A DNA stretch of 64,000 nucleotides from Octopus sinensis (lineage: Eukaryota). The stretch spans positions 18,104,001 to 18,168,000 of the forward strand of contig NC_043018.1 of the NCBI RefSeq assembly GCF_006345805.1, read 5' to 3'. The position numbers and the translations under genes are program-made. Below, one piece after another: positions 54,854-64,000 of this stretch (the first letter of the stretch is position 1; the number at the start of each line of letters is the position of its first letter). The notes beneath the pieces are model-generated. The model saw only the letters and a list, made by a program, of their open reading frames with translations, had not been told where the DNA came from and did no database searches.

Positions 54854-55224
54854 TCTATTATATAAAATCCGATGTCTGTCTGTCTGTGTGTTTTCTAGGA
54901 TCTCGGGCATCCTCCATCCGATTGCGCTCAATTTTGATATGTAGATACCGACGGTATCAGGGCGTGTATAAGTCTTGAGAAAATTACAAAAATTGATTCC
55001 AGGTGAGAATGCGATCGATAAAGCCGTGGGAACCTGCATGTGTACGCGCAAGTACATCAGCTGTTGCAATCGATACTACGCGTACGCGAGAAGAATGCGA
55101 AAAAAAGCCGGCTGGCTTGAAATAATGCCACAAAATGGGACAGTTGGACAAGCTGTTTTGAGAAAATTTGGTTTAAATGTTTGACAACCCAGCACCGTCC
55201 ATTGGACGGGAGGCGTTTTGCTCG
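54854..55224 (+). mobile_element. Non-autonomous Helitron with a degenerate 3' end
   Basis: A|TCTATTATATAAAA...gtctgtctgtctg 5' end; subterminal hairpin ccgtccattggacgg (55195-55209); CTCG in place of CTAG. Confidence 0.7.
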
Positions 55225-55774
55225 CTACATATATGCGTGTTCGTGTGTGTGTATGTAATAAGGATTATTACCAAGTAGCACCGAATTATCTTTAATTCCT
55301 ATGTATATATATATATATGGACCTACGCAAGCCTCTACACGTATTATTTATACATAATCAGTCGCAAAATATTTGCCATGTCTATAAGACATTGTTTAGT
55401 TATCTCATCCTATGCTATCTAAAGTTGAGGGAATTTGCACCTAAATACTGAAACATATGTCAACACACATACACGAAGAAGATGTAGATTTAAACAGATA
55501 TCTGCATTTTCATATTCATAGACAACCCACATTTATTTTCATCGTCACCCTAGATGCCTCTCTCATATGATTCGACATCGATGGGAAAAAGAATTAACGA
55601 AGTTATTTCCCCGGTTTTCCATATTTTGTGTAAAATCACTAACGATTATTGTCTAGTATAAACAAAAATTTTATATAAAAGACAATAAACATTGTGACGT
55701 TTTGTGTCTATTCCCTTTATTCCAGACGTTTACGCGGTTAACCTTGGGATTCGAAACCGGTACTCCATCTTTGA

Positions 55775-56385
55775 GACGGCGGCGAGCTAGCAGAGACTTT
55801 AGCACACCGGGCGAAATGCTTAACGGTATTTCGTCTGCATTACATTGTGAGTTCAAATTCCGCCGAGGTCGACTTTGCCTTTCATCCTTTCGGGGTCGAT
55901 GAATTAAGTACCAGTTACGCACTGGGGTCGATGTAATCGACTTAATACCTATGTTTGTCCTTGTTTGTCCCCTCTGTGTTTAGCCCCTTGTGGGTAATAA
56001 AGAAATAGAAATAGGTATTTCGTCTGCGTTACGTTGTGAGTTCAAATTCCGCCGAGGTCGACTTTGCCTTTCATCCTTTCGGGGTCGATGAATTAAGTAC
56101 CAGTTACGCACTGGGGTCGATGTAATCGACTTAATACCTATGTCTGTCCTTGTTTGTCCCCTCTGTGTTTAGCCCCTTGTGGGTAATAAAGAAATAGAAA
56201 TAGGTATTTCGTCTGCGTTACGTTGTGAGTTCAAATTCCGCCGAGGTCGACTTTGCCTTTCATCCTTTCGGGGTCGATGAATTAAGTACCAGTTACGCAC
56301 TGGGGTCGATGTAATCGACTTAATACCTATGTCTGTCCTTGTTTGTCCCCTCTGTGTTTGGCCCCTTGTAGGTAATAAAGAAATA
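55775..56385 (+). mobile_element. SINE C with a triplicated 189-bp body inside one TSD
   Basis: TSD ggtactccatctttga at 55759-55774 and 56386-56401; units start at 55825, 56014 and 56203. Confidence 0.93.
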
Positions 56386-56814
56386 GGTACTCCATCTTTG
56401 AACTCTACATAGAATTCCCATCTGGTTTAATTTGATTATCTTTTGGATACACGAGTACATACATAGTTAAAAATGAACATTAATAAATTATTACAGTTCA
56501 CCATATTAATGAGCTCAAAAATGCAGTCGGTTGTATTACATATTTTGCTTTAATTTTAAGAGATAAATTATTTTTTTTATCAGTTAAGTCATTATCGCAA
56601 GTAAATCAGCTAATATCATTCAATTCCCATTCATTCAAATATGATGTGCTAAACTGTTCATATATGCAACAAAACTGTTCAGAAATAAATTATTAATGCA
56701 GTTTTCAGTTTAACCGCAAGCAATTTTACCTTATCATATTGCATTTAAATCACACGATCTCATGCACACACAAATGCGTACGAAAATGATCAAATACACA
56801 CACATATATACACG

Positions 56815-56846
<32 letters not shown>

Positions 56847-56943
56847 ATATATATTATATATATATATATATATATACATATATATACATATATATATATA
56901 ATATATATATACATATATATATAATATATACATATATATATAC

Positions 56944-56976
<33 letters not shown>

Positions 56977-57795
56977 ATATATATATATTCTTACATGCAT
57001 ACATATATACAGGTACGTGTGTGTGAACAGGAATATCCAAGATAAAAGTAAACGAAAGAAAGCAAATGAAATACGACAAAAAAATAAAAAAGAAACATCT
57101 AGAAGAAACCTTAGGATATATGAGTAAAAAGAAACAAATCAATTGTTTACGGCGATTATGTATGGCTACGAGAATAGCTTTACATTGGAAATCTCGCATC
57201 ACATGGCAGTGAAAATTTTAGAATAAATTTAAATGAATTTGAATAGAATTTTTTTTTTCAGAGAAGTTACATGCTAACCATATAGAATAAATTTGTGCAT
57301 GTGTCCAATACATATCTTTGTATGTGTGTACGTGTACGGTAGTAATATGCATAGGTATTTGTGTTAAAATGTATGTGATGCTGGTGTTGGTGATGGTGAG
57401 TGGTGGAGTATTCTGTTTCGCTATAAATGTGTGTGGATATGGGCGAATATCGGACAGAAAACAATTCTTATGAAAATGAAGGTAGTTTTCTTGGTAATGT
57501 TTGCCAAAATCGTGTAAATCAGTAATTCTTGAATATTTTTGCTCAAAACCCTCCACCTCGCGTTTCTGTCTCCAAAAAATCATTACCGCCCAAATTTCCA
57601 TATACTTTCGAATTTTTCACAATTTACCGCCCACCAAATTCTCTGTAACGCCCCCGCAGAGGGATGTTACGGCCCATTTTGACATACACGGGCCTAAATG
57701 GAAGTGGGTACATGCAACGAATATATCTACATCTAACCCTGTACATATATGCATCTATCTCTCCAGCTATCTCTCTATCTGTCTGTCTATCTATC

Positions 57796-57892
<97 letters not shown>

Positions 57893-57906
57893 GTCTATCT
57901 ATCTAT

Positions 57907-58166
57907 CTTCTTTTTTCATTTCTCTTTTCTTTTGTTCCTTTTCCTTTTCTTTTTTCTTTTCTTTTTATTCTTTTTATTTTTTATTTTATTTATTTATTTA
58001 TTTATTTTTTGTTCTTTTCTTCCCTTTTACGATCCCTCTTGATCGAAAACCTACGCCACCCCTTTTTTTTTCTTCTTTTGTTTTTGTTTTCTTCATCCCC
58101 CAAAAGAAAAGCTCTACCTTGTAACTTGTCCCATCTGTGTGCAGCCCTGTGTGGCCAATAAAGAAA
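57907..58166 (+). mobile_element. T-rich LINE-like 3' UTR embedded in (TATC)n; terminus shared with SINE C
   Basis: ttgtcccatctgtgtgcagccctgtgtggccaataaagaaa vs SINE C ttgtcccctctgtgtttagccccttgtgggtaataaagaaa. Confidence 0.6.
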
Positions 58167-58167
58167 C

Positions 58168-58283
<116 letters not shown>

Positions 58284-58845
58284 ATATCTGTCTATCTATC
58301 TATCTATCTGTATGTCTGTCTATCTATCAATTTTTCTTAAAAATATTAATTAAAATTATTCACATCTCAACTCCATGAAATATATGAGTTTCTTAAAATA
58401 CTAATTTAAGCATCATTTATTAATTCCACTTGCTTTTCACTCCTCCATTGTATTTCGTTTCCTCTCTGCGTGTCTTTCTCTCTCACTGTTTTTTTTTTCC
58501 CCTTCTTTCTGAGGTAACGTGCAGTATTAAAGCAATATTCAGTTCACGAACGAGTTATATTTTAATTGAACAAGCTGCTTAATATGACTTATATACGCAA
58601 AATTCTCCATCCAATTTACGTAAGTGATTTGTAGTAGTGGACATATGAACAGTAAATTCATGGAGATGCAAAAGGAACAGGCACTCTCTGGGTAGACTTC
58701 GACACAAGTTTGAAACGGAGTCATTCTAGTTTTTCGATATTACATAAAAATTAGACGCTGACACACATTTGTATGTATAATTTATGGGCTAGAATTTTAT
58801 ATTCTGAAGTACAGTGTATATTTTATATATCTCATTACCTTTTAT

Positions 58846-59444
58846 ATTTTACTCGTTTCGGTCATGCTGGAGCACCGCCTTCAAGGGTTGACTTGGACAT
58901 CAGCTTTTAATTTTCAAGCCTGTTATTTATTCTATCGATGAATTTTACCGAACTACTAAGTTTCGGGAACGTAAACAGACCAACTCCGGTTGTCAAATGG
59001 TAAAGGAACAAACACATACAAACACACCCAAACAAAAGGAACAAACACACCCACACATACTCACACACGCACGCACGCACACACATATGTACATATATGT
59101 GTGTGTGTGGTGTGTGTAGTGTGTGTGTGTTCGACAGGCTTCTTTCAGTTTCCTTCGTACCAAATACATTTACAAGCTTTAGTGTATGTATGTATGTATG
59201 TATGTATGTATATGTGTATGTATGTATGTATGTATGTATGTATGTGTGTGTGTATGTATGTATGGATGGATGTATGTATGTATAGGTGCAGACATGGCTA
59301 TGTGGTAAGAAGCTTGCTTCCCAACTAAGTGGTTTCGGGTTCAGTCCCACTGCGTAGCACTTTGATACTTGTCCAGGGTACCACGCAGTGAGAGCGAACC
59401 TGGAACCATGTGGCTGGAAAGCAAGACTTCTTACCACATAGCTA
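58846..59444. mobile_element. Rearranged SINE B pieces (minus-strand body plus two inverted heads)
   Basis: 58846-59180 is a minus-strand body; 59295-59360 and 59378-59444 are mutually inverted heads. Confidence 0.8.
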
Positions 59445-60243
59445 GACTAGAATCTTCTATCAGTTTGTTCCCTTCCAATAAAATTTTCCTTATCCTAAAT
59501 CTATTAAATTATTATGAGATTAGCGGCATTTTCCGAATTAAATTTGCATTTTAACATATCCTGATTACGACTGTTTTCCATTTTGCTTCGTCCATCTCAT
59601 CATAATTACAAATATTACTGACTTCACAGGGAAAAAGAAGGCATCACCACTTGTTTCGCCCTCGGATAACAATACATTATTAAATATCACCGTAGCAAGA
59701 AACAAAAAGATGAGTAAAAATTTAATATAGTCTCAAAGATCTTGCAGGCTGTCACAGCATGTTGCTACATTTTATTAAACGTAATGCATTTTGCTTTTGC
59801 TTCTAAGAATTACCGATCGTGTTTTCATTTTACTTTTTAACTATGCTATTCTCTCGTTGCCAATGCAACGGAATATGAGTGCAGTTCACATTATTCAATT
59901 ATAACTCTCCTTGAAAAAAAAATAATAAATTAGCGATTTTTGTTTAGAGCTAAAAGAAATCCTTATTTTGATACAATATTAACGAAATAGATTGTGTACC
60001 GTTAGAGGGCTTACATGAAACAGCTTATGAATAAAATTTGATTCATTCAGAAACGTTTTCTGTACAATCTTCAGAACCCATGGATTAGGGAACAATTTTA
60101 TATTGGATGCTTTTCCAATTTTCACTCAACTTCACAAATAACTATGTTTTCTAATAGCTTAGTTTTTTTTTTTTTACTGATTACAGTCATAGAAAAGCGG
60201 CCATTTAGGGACACTAGCATCGAGGGTTTCGTCGGTCGCATTC

Positions 60244-60451
60244 TCTTTTACTCTCTTTTACTTGTTTCAGTCATTTGACTGCGGCCATGCTGGAGCACCG
60301 CCTTTTAGTCGAGCAACTCGACCCCGGGACTTATTCTTTGTAAGGCCAGTACTTAGCTGAACCGCTAAGTTACGGGAACGTAAACACACCAGCATCGGTT
60401 GTCAAGCAATGCTGGGGGGACAAACACAGACACACAAACACACACACACAA

Positions 60452-60484
<33 letters not shown>

Positions 60485-60655
60485 CATATATACGACAGGC
60501 TTCTTTCAGTTTCCGTCTACCAAATCCACTCACAAGGCATTGGTCGGCCCGGGGCTATAGCAGAAGACACTTGCCCAAGATGCCACGCAGTGTGACTGAA
60601 CCCGGAACCATGTGGTTGGTTAGCAAGCTACTTACCACACAGCCACTCCTGCGCC
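60244..60655 (-). mobile_element. SINE B, near full length
   Basis: Head ggcgcaggagtggctgtgtggtaag (reverse complement), B box gggttcagtc, internal (CA)/(TA) tract. Confidence 0.92.
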
Positions 60656-60901
60656 CATCTAATTAAAACACTGGATGTCAGTTTTAAAAATACGTTTTGC
60701 TTTTTTCCTTTTCTTTATATTTCTTTCTTTGTGTGTGTTTTCCGGAAAACTATTTTTTAAAAATATATTTGTGCCTGTCCGACGTCTACTGTACATTATC
60801 CAGTAAAAAACTTCAAGATGTCTCTAATGTCTAAATATGATACAAAATATAAAAGGGTATTTCGACCGGCCTTGAATATAATTTCACTAACTGATATACT
60901 C

Positions 60902-61325
60902 TTTTACTCTTTCTCTTTTACTTGTTTCAGTCATTTTGACTGCGGCCATGCTGGAGCACCGCCTTTAGTCGAGCAAATCGACCCCGGGACTTATTCTTTG
61001 TAAGCCCAGTGCTTATTCTATCGGTCTCTTTTGCCGAACCGCTAAGTGACGGGGACGTAAACACACCTACATCGATTGTCAAGCGGTGTTGGGGGGACAA
61101 GCACAGACACACAAACACACACACACCACACACACACACATATATATATATATACATATATACGACAGGCTTCTTTCAGTTTCCGTGTACCAAATCCACT
61201 CACAAGGCATTGGTCGGCCCGAGGCTATAGCAGAAGACACTTGCCCAAGATGCCACGCAGTGGGACTGAACCCGGAACCATGTGGTTGGTTAGCAAGCTA
61301 CTTACCACACAGCCACTCCTGCGCC
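60902..61325 (-). mobile_element. SINE B, full length
   Basis: Same structure as 60244-60655 and highly similar to it. Confidence 0.92.
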
Positions 61326-61629
61326 TGAAAATTATTATTTTGTTTTGACTCTAAGATCCACCCCCCCCCCATACTAATCCGGAACGAGTGAATTGAAACT
61401 GCAGAAATCGAAAATACCAATCGTTAGGATGCCGGATGAAATGATTCGATGCTTTGATTTTTTTTTTCGAACTCGATGTTCACACTTGAAATTTCGCCGA
61501 CATCGATTTTTACCTTTGATTCTTCGGGTTCAATGAAATATGTACCAGTTGTGCACTGGGGTTGATGTAATCGATTAACACACCTCCCCAGATTTCAAAC
61601 GTGTACTTATATTAGGACGATGTTGTTGT

Positions 61630-61636
61630 TGATGAC

Positions 61637-61727
<91 letters not shown>
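61630..61727. repeat. (GAT)n microsatellite
   Basis: Direct reading. Confidence 0.97.
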
Positions 61728-61729
<2 letters not shown>

Positions 61730-61800
61730 CATGATGATTCTGATCATTAAATTAAGTACCAGTTGAGTACTGGGGTCGATGTAATCGACTAGTCCCCTCC

Positions 61801-62848
61801 CCACATTTCTATTTCAAGATCTTTACATTTGCTCAGGTTTTGGTAGGTCTTGACGGATACGTTTATATCGATTGGGACAGCCATATCAATGAGAAGGCAT
61901 GATTTTTGTCTGAAGCCTTTCAATATAATGTCTGGACTATTCGCATCCATCTTTCTGTCAGTTTGAACGGTGAAGTTCCAGAAGAGTGTGGTGTGAACGT
62001 TTTCAAGCACTGGGGGTGGTTTGTGTTCCCCCCAGTTTTTATCATGGGGCAAGTCCAGGTTTTTGCAAATTACCCAGCGAATATATTGTGCTGCCTCTAT
62101 CATGCCGCACGAATACTGCACATGGAGACAACATGATCAATGGTTTCATTTTGGTGTTTGTGACATGTTGGGCTACTGCCGTTCTTTAAAATGTTAGCAT
62201 GGTAGCTCCTTGTAGGTAGGCATTGATCTTGGATTTCTATGATAAACACTTCTGTTTCTGATTTTAAGCCAGAAGACACTAACTCTTGATGGGTAAGGGC
62301 TTTGTCAACATCGGCTCTCTTTCGGTATTTGCCATTCAGAGGGATGTCTTGCCATTTATCAGTAAGAATATCTAAGGCAGCAGTTTTAGCACGGGTTTTC
62401 ATACGCTTAGTTTTCCTGTACTTGTTTCCAGTACGTCTAATTCTGGGAATTGTTGCATTTGGAATTCCCTTAGATATGACATTCCTTTACTTGTTTTGTT
62501 ACTGAGTATGATGTTTTCTTGTTTTCATGATTTAAGACAAGTTTTAATATTCAAGTAGGTGTCTAGGCCAGTTGTAGCAATCTTATTTGTTAGTTCCAGT
62601 TGTAAAAGTCCACGGCCACCCTATTTTCTTGGCAGGTAAAGTCGTTCTATATCTGCCTTAGGGTGGTGCATTCTATGTATTGTCAGCGCAATTTTCGTGT
62701 TTTTCTCGCAAGGTTACATATTTCAGTAATTGGCTAAATGATATTGAAACTCTAAGTCACGATTTGTATGGGTAAATTATTGATTGCTTCTATCTTGTTT
62801 CTTGCATTTAGCTCTGTCTTGAGTATTGCCCTTACCCTACGATAACAA
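61801..62848 (-). mobile_element. R4/Dong-like LINE fragment (post-RT to RLE)
   Basis: RVRAILKTELNARNKIEAIN...MHHPKADIERLYLPRK*GGRGLLQLE...LKSETEVFII..QDQCLPTR...PDIILKGFRQKSCLLIDMAVPID. Confidence 0.92.
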
Positions 62849-64000
62849 GATGAGAAATCTAATGCAGAGGAAGCTAAAAAGGTTTGGAGTAAACCAGTCA
62901 ATCGTAATGGAAATGCAGTATGGTTAAAGAAAATGAATGAGAAACAGCCAGATCTAAGATTATCAAGTGCATTAATGAGTAAAGAGTTTAAAAAATGCCG
63001 AATTGTAGGGACTCCGAACCAGATCTAGTTCTAGGGTACTGACTAAAGAAATTCAGTAGATTACATAGGAGGAGGCTAAGGGAACAATTTCAGGATTGCC
63101 TTAATGGAGGAATAATACCAGATTGTATGACTAGAGGGAGGATAATGCTCATTATGAAGGATAAGAGCAAGGGTAATATAGCTAGGAAACATAGACCGAT
63201 CACTTCCTTACCATTAGTGTGGAAGACGTTAACAGGAATGCTTTCAGAAAACATTTACGAGCACCATAACAACCAGAATTTACTGCCAGAAGAAGAGAAA
63301 GGTTGCAGGAAGAAGGCTAGAGGAGCGCATGATCTATTATATAGAGACAAAGTGGAGACGCTATGGCCCAGTGGTTAGGGCAGCGGACTCGCGGTCATAG
63401 GATCGCGGTTTCGATTCCCAGACCGGGCGTTGTGAGTGTTTATTGAGCGAAAACACCTAAAAAAGCTCCACGAGGCTCCGACAGGGGATGGTGGTGATCC
63501 CTGCTGTACTCTTTCACCAAAACTTTCTCTCACTCTTACTTCCTGTTTCTGTTGTACCTGTATTTCAAAGGGACGGCCTTGTCACTCTCTGTGTCACGCT
63601 GAATATCCCCGAGAACTACGTTATGGGTACACGTGTCTGTGGAGTGCTCAGCCACTTACACGTTAATTTCACGAGCAGGCTGTTCCGTTGATTCGGATCA
63701 ACCGGAACCCTCATCGTCGTAACCGACGGAGTGCTTCCATATAGAGACAAACCAATTCTAAATGAAGTAAAAGCTAGAAAGAAAAATGAAACAATAGCAT
63801 GGATAGATTATAGAAAAGCCTATGACATGATCCCACACTCATGTTTAAATGAATGTTTGGATATATTCAGTAAATGCAGACAACTTAAGAGAATTAATTA
63901 GCTTTAGCATGAAGAAATGCAAATTAGATCTCTACTCAGGTGACACACTGTTAGGGAAAGTTAATATCAAAAGACGAATTTTCCAGGGGACACACTGTCC
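62849..64000 (+). mobile_element. R4/Dong-like LINE RT fragment, interrupted by SINE A1 and running off the window
   Basis: HRPITSLPLVWKTLTG...EKGCRKKARGAHDLLYRDK|PILNEVK...AWIDYRKAYDMIPHS...IFQGDTLS. Confidence 0.92.
63352..63738 (+). mobile_element. SINE A1 inserted in the RT coding sequence
   Basis: 13-bp TSD atatagagacaaa at 63339-63351 and 63739-63751; removing the SINE and one TSD copy restores the RT frame. Confidence 0.94.

Noticed and set aside
60045-60080. Minus-strand CTGAAGA...GAAAACGTT
   Set aside because: Stem II would have no loop and stem I does not pair; likely chance.
60244-61325. Segmental duplication of the two adjacent SINE B copies
   Set aside because: Flanks differ and the copies carry different private changes, so these are independent insertions.

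Overview
AT-rich eukaryotic DNA that is almost entirely non-coding (intergenic or deep intronic). The repeat families suggest an octopus or other coleoid cephalopod, which is an inference. I found no intact host gene, rRNA, functional tRNA or CRISPR array, and nearly all listed ORFs are microsatellite or SINE read-throughs. The window is a mosaic of four things. (1) tRNA-headed SINE families, here called A (with two alternative tails, A1 and A2), B and C, plus a (TAA)n-associated element D. (2) Fragments of RTE, CR1 and R4/Dong-like (RLE) LINEs. (3) DNA-transposon relics: two maT/mariner pieces, a hAT MITE with an 8-bp TSD, Helitrons and a Chapaev-like piece. (4) Many micro- and minisatellites. 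The most striking feature not explained by these is a dense set of at least 10 hammerhead-ribozyme (HHR)-like motifs from several sequence families. Three keep a complete catalytic core (33601-33698, 33961-34025, 42606-42674). They lie in short AT-rich elements, mostly near (TA)n/(TAA)n tracts, and some are associated with fold-back hairpins, consistent with Penelope-like/retrozyme remnants. Other notable items are a SINE-mediated ~880-bp tandem duplication with a chimeric middle SINE, a trimeric SINE inside one TSD, a 43-bp TSD, modular SINE head/tail swapping, and candidate partner LINEs for two SINE tails. All structures were folded and aligned by eye, and boundaries are approximate unless a TSD is quoted.
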